From Squalus acanthias (lineage: Eukaryota): a stretch of 64,000 nucleotides of DNA. Position 1 is the first letter of the stretch, and every line of letters begins with the position of its first letter. Under the pieces are notes generated by a model. That model did no database searches and had not been told where the DNA came from. It saw only the letters and a list, made by a program, of their open reading frames with translations. The position numbers and the translations under genes were made by a program. Shown in pieces: positions 24,857 through 36,542 of the stretch. The stretch is taken from NCBI GenBank assembly GCA_030390025.1, contig CM059432.1:73720001-73784000 (forward strand), written 5' to 3'.

Positions 24857-25700
24857 TTTTCCAGTTTCCAGTTCTGGTAATGGATGCACACTTGAAACAT
24901 GGATCTATGGGCTAGATATTTGGTGCATTTGCGGCTCTCGCTAGTGCCCCTGGGGGCGCGAATGGGGCGCAAATGACTTTTTGTCCGGGTGCGGCGCCAC
25001 TAACGACTCCCGCTAAATTTAGCGGGAGATTAGCGGCAGCAGTGATTGATAGCGCCCTATTCCGCAGGCAAGGACGACGTCATCACCGTGCGCTGCGCCC
25101 CGTTTTCACGCCGCCTGTAAAATTGGCCCGCGCCCCCTTAATCTGCGCCGGGTGAGGACAGTGACCGACTCAGGGGGCGGGAACAGAGCGGCAGAAAGGA
25201 GGTGGCAGGCGGGGGGATAAAAATCGGCCGACTTACTTGTCGCGGCCCATTGTGTCTTTGAACGTGGGGTCCGTGCTGCGATCTGGCTCCTCTTGAGTGC
25301 TGGGCTGCTGGCACGGCACCCCGCTCCCCGGTGGTCCAGGTAGGGCCCCGCAGAGTTGCGGGCTTGGGTCCTCCCCTTTAATGAGGGGAAGAGCCCTTCC
25401 ATGTGGCAGCGCTACGTGGCCCAGTGCGTAGCGCTGCAGAACACACCGCCCCGATACTCGGGGTTAGCGCTCTAAGAAGGAAGTGGAGAGCTTGAATTAG
25501 TGCTCCACCTCCCTCTTGGGGAGCTAAAACTGAAGTTAGCGATCGCTGGTGGTATTTTTCGCCGGGCGCTAAAGTTAGCGTCCAGGCGATGTTAGCGACC
25601 CAACATGGTCACTAACGAATTTTTACTTGTATATTTCTTTTTTCAGATGCTGTCAGACTTGCTAAGTATTTTCAGCAATTTCTGTTTTTATTTCTGACTG
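24857..25700 (+). mobile_element. Degraded Penelope pLTR split by MITE 24909-25628
   Basis: ttccagttctgg...cttgaaacat before the MITE, cagatgctgtcagacttgctaagtattttcagc after it. Confidence 0.6.
24909..25628. mobile_element. Harbinger-type MITE related to 3169-3915
   Basis: Left TIR gggctagatatttgg, degenerate right TIR, shared gtggag...ctccac hairpin. Right boundary approximate. Confidence 0.7.
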
Positions 25701-26202
25701 CATCAGGATTAGGCCCAAGTTGGCAGCATGAATGGGGCTGGTAAGTGACAAAAGCCAAGGACAGAAAGCTAATGTAGCCTATGGTGTTCCCACAGGCCGC
25801 CTGAAGCAGTTTGTTTTCACGTATTTGCGGAATGTCAATTCTACCACTACCATAGGAGAAAATATGGTGATGTACGAAGTAGAGTTTGCATGTTGAGGTG
25901 AATGCCGATTTCAAATAAAATATATGCACAGTGACTCATTTTTGAAGGTACAATGCTTAAAACTGAAAATCTGACATCCATTTTGTAACACATGAAGCAC
26001 TGCCTCATTACACTGAGAAGCTTTCAACTTATGTACATTAAGTTTGTTTCTTGTGCCTGCATGACAACAGTCATCACATTACAGAAATAATTCATTATTT
26101 GAAGTGCTTTGAAATAATTTGATATGATAAACCACTATATAAATGTAAGTAGTTTTGTACCTACAGATCCGGGCCTAAAATTCAGCCTTATCTGAACATA
26201 GA

Positions 26203-28416
26203 GGCCTAGAAATTCGGCTACTTACCGCCACCCGTTACCAGCAGATTCCTAAAAAAAATGCCACCATTTTGGTGAGGGCCATAGCGCTGCCGTTAGCAGC
26301 GGTGGCCCTGGACATGCAAATCTGGAGAGCGAGACGCCAGTTATCGCACAACGCCGACTTGATGCCACGTTCTGTGAACTCGGAGCTTCGTGCCGAGCTC
26401 AGCGCTGGGTCCTAAGCTCGCTCTGAAAAGCGAGCGAGCAGCAGGCTGACAGAGACGCTGTCAGCACTTCTTAAAGGGACACACACATCTTTCAGGTAAC
26501 TTTGCATTTAAGCTTTTGGAATGGATTTATTATATTTTATTGAAGTAGAAGCTTGGGCAATAGATGTTAAAAGTTTTTAAGGTGTGCAGGAAGTGCAGGG
26601 AGTGCTGCTGGATGCTTGCAAGGCCTCGTATGGTAAAGGAAAGCCTCTGAGAAGACAGAAAATTCTGGAAATACTCAGCAGGTCAGGCAGCATCTGTGGA
26701 GACAGAAACAGAGTTCATGTCACAGGTCGAGATGCTGCCTGACCAGCTTAGTATTTGCAGCATTTTCTGCTTTTATTTCAGATTTACAGCATCCGCTCGC
26801 AGAGGGATGTGGAAGACGCAGAAGAGGAAGAAGCAGAAGGAGAAGAAGCAGAAGAGGAAGAAGCAGAGGAGGAGGAAGCAGAAGGAAGGATGCAACCCAG
26901 ACAGCCCCTTTCTGGCCGGGACATCCAAGATGGAATCATCTGCCTGTGGTACCAGTGACCACAACCTCAATTCCCCTTTCAACATTTGTCCCACACCTTA
27001 CCTTCCCTCTGTTACTGACCATCACAGTGTCCTCTTGGGCACGATGCTGAAAAAAAAGCCACCACAAAGCAAACTTTCAAATCCAACTTTATACATCTAT
27101 CCATCCAATATGACATCAAGAAATCAACTAATCACCCTTATGCATTCCCTTAGTGACTGTCTTGTGTGTGCCTTTGCCTATCATACTGATGTCATGCAGT
27201 GCTACCCCAGTGGCTGCAGCATTGCTGGTGGAAGGCTGCTGAATTTCAGTGGGGGACACTGCAGATGGCCTTGCTGGTCGACCTCAAGGTGGCTGGGAAT
27301 GTACAATGGACTTCTTTTCTTCTTTCTTCTTCTTCTTCTTGGTCAACCACTGTCTGGGCAGGTTGTATTTCTTGGGTGTGTGAAATGAGGAAGGCACAAG
27401 GCTGGAGTTGTGGTGAGGGGAGGGCAGGAAAGCAAGAGGTGCGTGCGAGAAGGAGGATAATGTATGAGGATACCAGCATCTTGTATCCTTTCTGCCCCGC
27501 CGCAGGCCAAGGGCTCAGCCATGCCTCTGCCATGAATGGCCAGCACCGTCTCCTCTAAGGGGTGAGGTGAAACTAGGAATGGAAGGTGGGCCTCGTGTTT
27601 GGTACAGATTGTTGGTAGGTGAGTGATGTGGGGGCGGAGGGGGGCGGGGAGGCGGCGAAAATGCAATGAGCAGTGTGTGAGGCTAGGGGTGCAGTTGATA
27701 GGAGATGGCTTTTGAAGATGCATTCACTGACCTTGACCACTGGTCTGAGGTCATGAAGCTTCTTTAGGCACTGGAGCCAGGTCATGGGGGCGACACTGCT
27801 GGCAGTGATGGCCTCGGTGATCTGGGCCCACAACCTTCTTTCTGGAGGGCCTCCTGGCCCCTGTGGGTAGAGGACCTCTCTTGCAGTGTTGACCCACTGC
27901 ACAAAGCTGGAGTGATGCGTGCGAGACCCTGAGTTCCTTTCCCTGGCTTGCTGAGTCATTTGTGTTAGTGCTGAAGCACTTTTCCCAGTTTTTGAGGTGC
28001 AGAAGGCAATTCAGCTTTAAGAGCTGAAGACTGTTATTTGGGAATTCTTTTTAGGTTTTTTTTCAGAAAGCTGTTGAGCTGTAAAGGCTAAAACTGCCTA
28101 TTTTTAAATAATTTTAATTTTTTTCATCTTAGAAGGCAGTTCCCCTTTAAGGGACTGACACTGCTTTCCAAAATGACAGCCTTGCTTTAAGAGAAGACTG
28201 TTCTTGCTCCAATGATGATACGGTTACACTACATTGGGCCTCCTGCTGAGACTACTGCCCAAAAACCGGCCTTGCACTGTAAATTTAGCGCTGCACTAAT
28301 GTTTCTTAGCAAGCAGCACCAATATATCGATGCAGCCAGCGCTATTAATTTTGGCGGCCGTTAACTACGGCCTGTGGTGCCACCAGCAGGTTTCCAGTGC
28401 TCTGAATTTCTAGGCC
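26203..28416 (+). mobile_element. Non-autonomous Harbinger with Penelope fold-back (copy 1)
   Basis: TIR ggcctagaaattc / gaatttctaggcc. Transposase reduced to fused N- and C-terminal purine-rich ends. Myb remnant on - (WLQCLKKLHDL). Colinear with 56974-58959. Confidence 0.9.
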
Positions 28417-28418
28417 AA

Positions 28419-31045
28419 GGCCGCGAATTTCAACCCTGTAGCGCCGGTAGTTTTGGCCTTTTAAAAAAAATAATGGCTTCTGCCTCGCTTCGGCCCACTT
28501 CCAGTGCAGCCCGCGCTGTTGCCAGCTTGCTGAAGGCGATAGCGCGGGTGAGATATGTGTGCTCCGGCAGTATGCAGAGTAGACAGATTGTGCCGTCAGT
28601 CAGCGTGTAAAGCTGATTTGAAACATGATCTGCCATTTTTTACGTCACCTCTCCATTCAACGCCCTCTACTAAACACGCACAGCTGAGCGTGCGTTCAGC
28701 TGCACAAGGGACCCCCCATCAGCGCTATTTAAAGGGATACATCCAACTTGCAGGTAAGTTGCTTATTGCTTTTGTACTGCTCTTGCAGAGTTTGTAGGAG
28801 TACTGGGTTGCTGTGAAAGATTTCTAAAGTTGTTAAAGTGTGCAGGGAGTGCTGCTGGACATTGGGAAGGCGTTGGCTGCTACTGGAAGGCCTCCGAGTA
28901 CACCACTTGCTCCCAGTCATGGGGGCTGTAGTTGCAGTTCTCCTTGGGTTACAGCGTGACAGGCAGATGGAGCAGAGGCAGCAAGCAGCTCAAAGAGGGA
29001 GGAGGAGGAGGAGCAGGAGGGCTCTCAGCAGGAGGCCTTACCCACCTAGAGTCTTCAGGGAGCACTTCTCCTAACTGCACCTAAACCAGGAGTGTGTTCA
29101 GCAGCTCTGCTTCACCAAGGAGGTGATCACAGAACTCTGCCACCTCTTGGAACCAGGCCCACTGCCAGTGGCCCTCAAGGTGACCGTGGCCCTCAATTTT
29201 TTCGCCAGCGGATCCTTCCAGGCTAGAGCAGCTGATATAGCAAACATCTCGCAATTCGCCGTCCATCGCTGCACACAGGAGGTCACAGAGGCTCGATACG
29301 CTAGGAGAGGGGACTTTATTGCCTTCTATCTAAACGGAGAGAAGGAGAAGGAGTGCGCACGTGGCTTTGCCAGGATATCGGGCTTCCCCATAGTGCAGGG
29401 CGCCATCAACTGCACACACGTGGCTTTGCAGGCACTGCATCTCAATGGTGAGAGGTTCCGTAACCGCAAAGGGTACCGCTCACTTAATGTGCAGTTGTTG
29501 TGCGACCACGCCCAGCACATCATGATGGTGAATGCCCATTATTCTGGCAGCAGTCATGATGCCTTCATCCTGCACCAGTCCGCTGTGCCAGCAATCTTCC
29601 AGCCAACACATCAAACCCGAGCGTGGCTGCTCGGCGACAAGGGTTATTCACTCTACACTTGGCTGATGACTCCCCTCTGCACTCCCACCACTCGTGGCCT
29701 GCAGTCATATAATGAAAGCCATGATGCCACGAGGAATGTCATCAAGCAGACCATCGGGATGTGGAAGAAACAGTTCCGCTGCCTTGACCGCTCGGGGGGA
29801 GCCCTCCAGTACTTGCCGGAGCAGGTGTCCCAATTCGTGGTGATCTGCTGCATCCTCCACAACTTGGCCATCGCGAGGGCACAGCCCTTGCCACTATGGG
29901 TTCTGTGACCACCTCAGGAGGAGGAGGAGGAGGATGAGGAAGAGGGCGAAGAAGACGAAGAGGAATTGGAGGAGGAGGAGGAGGAAGGCAGCCTGCACAT
30001 CCACGTTTCGGGCGGGCTGTCCGTGAGCGCATCATCAGACTCCGGTTCCCCTAAATGAAACCCCAGATCCCCGTTGTTCAACAATTCCCCAGCTTACCAT
30101 CCCTCTGTCACAGAACATCACAGCGTCCTCTTGGCCACAATGCAGAAATGAAAGCCACCACAAAACAAACATTCCAAACCACATTTATAAACCAATCCAT
30201 CCAATACTACGTAACAAAGTCAACTAATCACCCTTCTGGATTCCCTTAGTGCTTGACTTCCGTGTGACTGTATCATGGTTGGGCCCACAAGTGTGCTAAT
30301 GGAGTTGCCCATCACTTCCAACCTGGAAATCATGGGTTCCAAGCTCTGTGCAAAGGTGATGTGCCTGTCATGGTTGAATAGCTGGCAGTGAGTGCAAGTT
30401 GTGAGATGTGGGTGTGGGGCTTGCAGCAGTGGTAAGTGTGATTGATAGAGATTGTTGGTAGGTGAGTGATGGGGGGGTGGTGCATTGAGCAGTGAATGAG
30501 GCTAGTGGTGCAGTTGGTGAGAGACGGCTTTTGAAGATACATTCACTGACCTTGACCACTCGTGTGAGGTAATTGAACTTCTTCTAGCACTGGATCCAGG
30601 TCCTCGGGGCAAGACTGCTGGTAGTGACTGCTTCGTCTATCTTCTCTGACTGCCTTCTGACTGTGTGCCTGGAGGGCCTCCTGGCCCCCTGTGGGTAGAG
30701 GACCTGTCTCCTACCCCCTGCACTAAGGCCTCTAGTGCTGCGTCCGAGAACCCTGGTGACCTTTCTCTGCCCTGTTGAAGTGTGAGTCACAGTTGCCTTA
30801 ACAAGCATTTCCAGCAGCTGCTGAATGAAGAATGCACCTCACCTTTAAGAGGTGCAGACTGCCTTTAAAAGTGGAGGCTAGCTTTAAATAGAGCTCGCCT
30901 TGCACGAACTTCGGCCCCCTGCTCAGTGCTCAGCTACTCAGCAGTGCACTCGGCGCTGTCTGCACGCATCAATCATGGTATTTAGCAGGTGGCACGAAGA
31001 TCACGGGCCGATCGCTTCCACCCAATGGACAGCTGCCATTTCCAA
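28419..31045 (+). mobile_element. Harbinger derivative: transposase kept, Myb largely deleted
   Basis: Starts ggccgcgaatttc. Myb remnant 30270-30800 (RTWIQC*KKFNYL). Right end not clearly resolved. Confidence 0.8.
28919..29908 (+). pseudogene. Harbinger transposase; 261-aa open segment 29123-29908
   Basis: KVTVALNFFASGSFQ, GAINCTH (D>N), LLGDKGY, VIKQTIG (E>K). Stop at 29072-29074. Confidence 0.93.
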
Positions 31046-31296
31046 CATTTTGTGTGGGCAACTGACCAGCGGCATGCAGATGAGGCCCAGCAATGAAAAT
31101 ACCTCGGACCTCAAACTCTGGCCTCTGGATGCATTTTGCACTTGCCTCACCGAAATCCTGTTGAGGGTTAAAATCTAACCCAGATTTTTATTTTGCCACT
31201 GAGAACGGGAGAATTGATCTTAATGTGCCAATTTATCTTGGATTTAATTAAGGTTCAGTATGCGGCAGCTCACCTTGGTTGATCTGGATTGATGGT

Positions 31297-32533
31297 TGAG
31301 GTTGCCAACCCTCCAGGATTGCACTGGAGTCTCCAGGCGTTAATTGTTAATTTCCTGGACGCTGCTGCAAGCAATCCGGGAGAAAAATCATAGGGTTCGT
31401 CAAAAGAGTCATGTGGTTTTTTTTCATTTTCTTTGAACACTTACATTTTATAAGTTATAAAAATCTTGGAGATAGGAAAAAAGGCTTTTTGACTAAGTGG
31501 GGTGATTGGAGGTGAGAGGTCATAGAGTCATAAGTCATAGGGGGAGAAATTCAGTATCGCCCCATTTGGGGCGCAATTATCGGCCGGGCGCAAAGATTAG
31601 CGCCTGGCGCTAATTATCGCCTCCAACTGCAAACTTGACTTTTATCACCCCTGGAGGTGATTGGAGCGCTAAATCAGGCGCTTCACACCTGTCTTAAGGC
31701 GCAAAGGTCGAGGAGCGAGGCGCTACCTCAGAGCGCTGGCGAAGCTCATGTGATGTCAGTCAGCAATGGAACACACACACAATGGCGCCAGCCAGTTCTT
31801 AAAGGGGAGGGTTGATCTTGCTTTCCATCCACATTCTGCTCATTGCAGCCTTGAATCTCGGCCTGGAGAGACCTGTACATCAAATCTGCTGGAAAGAACA
31901 ATGGAGAGATCCAGGGAAAGAGCTCAGAGTGCAGCCCCCACATTCTCTTCTAAATCGATACAAGGAAGGGCAAATCAAAATGAACCTGCAAAGTGCTGCT
32001 CAGTACCCAAAACTCCTTCACACAGCGTTGAATCTCTCCAGAAGTCTCTCTCTCTCTCTCAGAATGCGTGGTTCAAAAATGTCACCAACAAAAAAAGGCA
32101 GGAAGCGGTCGCCTTTAAATAGCGCTCCCCCAGTCCCTTCCTGACTGCAAAACGCTCCCCTCAACCTGTCGTTGCTAGCGGCAGGCGGTAAGGCAGGGGC
32201 GCCACTCAATATCCGCTCCGGGGCGCTACCAGGGCGTTGCGCACTCGACTGACGTCACAATCTGCCGGCGCAGGAGATCGTGGTGGTAGTGTTTAGTGCC
32301 GCCGCAAAATGTCTAGTTAATTTTGCGAGCGGCGCAAACATTGCCGCGCCTGGGCTCTAGTTGCTTTCCGCCCCATTAGCACCCTCTTAAGGCGCTAACG
32401 GGAGGCGCAACCAACTGAATTTTTCCCCCATAGAGTCATAATGGCACAGAAGGAGGCCATTCAGCCCATCGAGTCCATGTTGGTCATGTGATGAAACCTC
32501 CAGGAATACGTCCAACCAGAGTTGGCAACTCCA
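31297..32533. mobile_element. hAT-like non-autonomous element hosting a CR1 tail and a Harbinger MITE
   Basis: TIR tgaggttgccaac / gttggcaactcca. 8-bp flanks ttgatggt / ttcatggc match at 6 of 8. Confidence 0.7.
31540..32429. mobile_element. Harbinger-type MITE (inverted sibling of 6310-7203)
   Basis: TIR gggggagaaattcag / ctgaatttttccccc with perfect ATA TSD. Confidence 0.92.
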
Positions 32534-33052
32534 TTCATGGCAGCATTTATTAGACATCTTTGTATATCGGTTGGACAATCAGTAGGCCTGCTTTAAGATC
32601 TCAGTAACTTGTCTAGAATAGGTCATCTGTGATTTTTTTTTTAGTTTGTTTTGTTTTCCAGCATAATAATTTGCCACTTTGCAGGCATAATAATTATAAT
32701 GAATTAATAAATAAAATGATTCCATTATGAAAACTAATGCTGTGCAAAATCAGTTCTTGCTGCGCTTATTAGTAACATCATCCACTTCAATGGTTCTATT
32801 GTTAATTACTGAATTTCTTTTCAAGCCTGCAGCAGCCAATATTTACCATGACGTTATACTTGTGCTTTAAATAATGATATTTTGTTTAATTATGCTTGGC
32901 ACACCAAAGACACATTACAGCAAAATACTGAACAACGCTATTTATTGATGGCATTACTGAATAAAATAAAATATTTAAACTATATTTTTGAATTGTAATA
33001 ATATACTTAAACAACATTTTTAATTAATATTATTATATATTATTTATATATT

Positions 33053-33781
33053 GGCCCGTATTTTCCGATCGCAGGCCCACCCGGGCGGAGGCCTGCGATC
33101 TGGAAAAATCTGCGCCCTTACCTGAGGGCTCCCGGGACGCACACGCTTCCGCTCCTGGGCCTCACCAAACTTGAAGTGCGCAGGGCCCACGTATCCCAGA
33201 GGCGCATGTAGTTCGCAGCGTCCCTGGGATCACGTGGGCCATGGGGAGCCAATCACAGAAGGGAATCTCCCTTCATATATTTGACAGGAAGACCTGTCAA
33301 ATATATGAATGGAGATCACCCCAAAAACATAGTAAAACTTTAAATAATTTTTTTTTAATCACATTTTTAAAATGACTTGAAATTACAATAAATTAAGTAT
33401 TTTAAACAAAAATTTAATTTTTTTAAAAAATAATTAAAGTTTTTTACAGAGCTAAAAATAAACTTACCTTTTTTTAAGGTATTTTTAAATGATAAATCAG
33501 TGAAAAAAATGTTTAGACTTTTTTCAACTCTTATCTTGGTAAAAGCAGGCGTAAGAAATGCAAGGGTTTTAAGCGGGCAGAGGGTCTCCAAAAAGTGGAA
33601 CTATCCGCCCGTAGAGGCCCTTCTCCAGGGCAGCCGGAGGATCTGTCAAGAGCTTTCTTGACAGATCGGAAATGCCAGTTTTCAGCGCATGTGCTGTGCA
33701 TGCCTGAAACCGGCATTTCCGATGTCCCTACGGGTGGGTACACAGCGCGTTCCAACCCATAGGGATCGGAATATCTGGGCC
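33053..33781. mobile_element. Harbinger-type MITE (hairpin family, copy 2)
   Basis: TIR ggcccgtattttccgatc / gatcggaatatctgggcc, flanks ATT/ATA. Colinear with 1815-2577. Confidence 0.85.
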
Positions 33782-33803
33782 ATAGTATTCATTAATATAT
33801 AAT

Positions 33804-34533
33804 GGCCCAGAACTTGTGGTGGGTAATAGCAGCAAATGAACAGCGTTTGAAACTGACCGTAACTTCAGGGTTCTAACGCGGAAATCCTGAAGTTGCAGTC
33901 AGTCATTCACTGCTCCGACACTGACTGCACTGTGGCACCTTCCCCAATAAACCCCCCCCCCCCCCGCCCGACCCAGCACCCAGCAATCTGTGTAATCAGT
34001 GAAATCAGGTAATATCGCTGTTAAATACCCCATTAAAAGTTAGACCTTGTTGGATTAGGTGTAACTGGGGTTTTAACAGCGTATTTACTGCTAAACAAAC
34101 ATTATGGCCCCTGAAAAACTAATTTTAATTTTGTGAAGTGTCAAATTTCTCCATTATAATAAAAATTACAATTTGTAAGAAACTTTAAAAAAAATTATAT
34201 TTTTAAAAATGTCTTCATCTTTATTTCAGGTTTACCTTTACCCCATGTGGGAGCCCCAATCTTTGTTTCGCTCTCTATAACATTTTTTAAAAGTCAGAAT
34301 AAAAGCAACTTTTTCACTTCCTGCTTCCCTGTCTGTGAGAATTCTGCATTGTGATTGGCTGCTTAGATAGCTTGTTGACGTCACAGCAGATTCCCACTAC
34401 ACTACACTGATCTGACTTGCACATTGAGAAAGGCAAACTTCTCGCCACAGCGATCGTGAGATCTTTGTGGGCAGCTTTCTTCAGGACCAGCAGCCAACGA
34501 CTTTGCTTTGCCGCTGACCACAAATTACAGGCC
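33804..34533. mobile_element. Harbinger-type MITE
   Basis: TIR ggcccagaacttgtggt / accacaaattacaggcc with AAT TSD. Confidence 0.8.
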
Positions 34534-34884
34534 AATGTCTTTCAACCCCTGTAGTATTCAAGAATGATCAAGCACCGATGGTTTTTAAAAGCCACAATCA
34601 AGTCATTACTTGTTGAGTAGCTCAGAGGAGGTTAAACAATAGCTGTTGCTAAAAATATTTAGATCAAAATAATCTCATGATGTGACCTGACTTCAAAATA
34701 AAGAATCTAATTAAAAAAGCATAATTTATAGATTTTTGTTCCTGAAACTGTTCATCATACTCCCAAATTAGTATCTATTTAATCAAGCTGTAACCCAATA
34801 TTTTCCTCCTTGCATTAGTTGTAACTAATTCATTAATTTGTTGTGTGCAGGCACAATAACAAATTTGTTACTACTAGCTCAGAG

Positions 34885-35485
34885 GGAAAGAAAGAAAAAA
34901 ATAACTTGTATTTATATTACACCTTATCACATTCTCAGGATGTCCCAAAGCACCGCACCCAATGAATCACTTATGAAAGTGTAGTAACTGTTTTATGTAG
35001 GCATGGACAGCCAATTTGTGTACAAACAGCAACTGAGATGCATGAACAGTTAAGGTGTTTTTTTTGGTGGTGTTGGTTGAGGGAAGAATGTTGGCCAGAC
35101 AGAAGGACTCCCTCTTCTTCTTCAAATAATGCCATGGGATCTTTTACATCCACCTGAACAAGCAGAAGGTGCTCTTACTTAACACCTGATCTGAATGGCG
35201 GATCTCTGACATTGCAGCACTCCCTCAGAGTTGCCCTAAAGTGCCAGACTCTGAATTTCCATGGAGCTCTCCTGAGGTCCTGCTATAACTTCAGTGGGAG
35301 ATTGGCATTTCCCCCACCCCACTCCCGCCCCCCAAGAAACAACATAAACAGCTGTTCACATTGTTTCTGTAGGGGTACCATTAGAGAAACCCAAGGAAAT
35401 TCTAGGCATCATTCTGGATTATGTGCTCAAGTCCTGGCGTGGGACTCGAACACGCAGCCTTCTAATACAAAGGCTAGAGTGCTAC
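34885..35485 (-). mobile_element. Deu-SINE interrupted by a short MITE-like insert (~35250-35407)
   Basis: Reverse-complement tail, gccatgggatcttttacatccacctga core, and head gggactcgaac. Confidence 0.7.
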
Positions 35486-35487
35486 AG

Positions 35488-35790
35488 TCAGCCTTGGTTC
35501 AGTGGTAGCACACCTGTCTCCAATAAGAAGGTTGTAAATTCAAGCCCCACTCCAGAGACTTGAGCACATAATCTAGGCTGACAATTCAATACAGTGCTGA
35601 GGAGTGCTGCATTATTGGAAGTGCCATCTTTCAGATGAGATATTAAACTAAGGCCATGTTCTGCCTGTTCGGGTGGATGTTGCCTATATAACAGTGACTA
35701 CGCTTCTAAAGTGCCTCATTGGCTGTGAAGTGCTTTGGGATGTTTTGAGAATGTGAAAGGTGCTATATAAGTACAAGTTCGCCCTTTCTT
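35488..35790 (+). mobile_element. Deu-SINE with internal deletion
   Basis: tRNA head, tctttcagatgagatattaaac core, aaggtgctatataag tail. Confidence 0.8.
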
Positions 35791-35829
35791 TAACAACTAA
35801 GACAAATATTGAGGTAATGCTTTAGTTTG

Positions 35830-36542
35830 TTTCCAATCTTGGTGTCGTATTTGACTCCGTGATGAGCTTCCGACCACATATCCGCGCTATCACTAAGACT
35901 GCTGACCTCCACCTCCATAATATCATCCGACTCCACCCCTGCCTCAGCTCATCTGCTGCTGAAACCCTGATCCATGCCTTTGTTACCTCTAGACTTGACT
36001 ATTCCAACATACTCCATCTTCCACCCTCCATAAACTTGAGCTCATCCAAAACTCTGCTGTCCATATCCTAACATGCACCAAGTCCCGCTCACCCATCAGC
36101 CCTGTGCTCGCTGACTTACATTGGCTCCCGGTGGAGCCAATTAAAAATTTTAATTAAAAAATTCTCATCCTTGTTTTCAAATCCCTCCATGGCCTCACCC
36201 CACCCTATCTCTGTAACCTCCTCAAGCCCTACAACCTTTGAGAAATCTGCGCTCCTCCAATTCTGGCCTCTTGCGCATCCACTATTTTAATCGCTTCACC
36301 ATTGTCGGCGGTGCTTTCAGCTGACGAGGCCCTAAGCTCTGGCATTCTCTCCCTAAATCTTTCCACCTCTCTCTCCTCCTTTAAGACGCTCCTTAATATC
36401 TAATTCTTTGGCCAAGCTTTTGCTCATCTGCCCTAATATCTCCTTATGTGGCTCGGTGTCAAATTTTGTTTGATAACGCTACTGTGAAGCACCTTGAGAT
36501 GTTTTACTTCTGAAGGTGCTATATAAATGCAAGTTGTTGTTT
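35830..36542 (+). mobile_element. L2 LINE 3' end
   Basis: HLHNIIRL..AAETLIHAFVTSRLDYSN and LHWLP motifs. Tail aggtgctatataaatgcaag(ttg)n is shared with the Deu-SINEs. Confidence 0.9.

Noticed and set aside
26696..27388. 230-aa Lys/Gln-rich ORF
   Set aside because: Off-frame read-through of Penelope fold-back, GAA/GAG repeats and UTR. It is broken in the sibling copy.
29123..29908. Domesticated HARBI1 or an active transposase
   Set aside because: It lies inside a multi-copy element, has an upstream stop, and two catalytic residues are lost (D>N, E>K).
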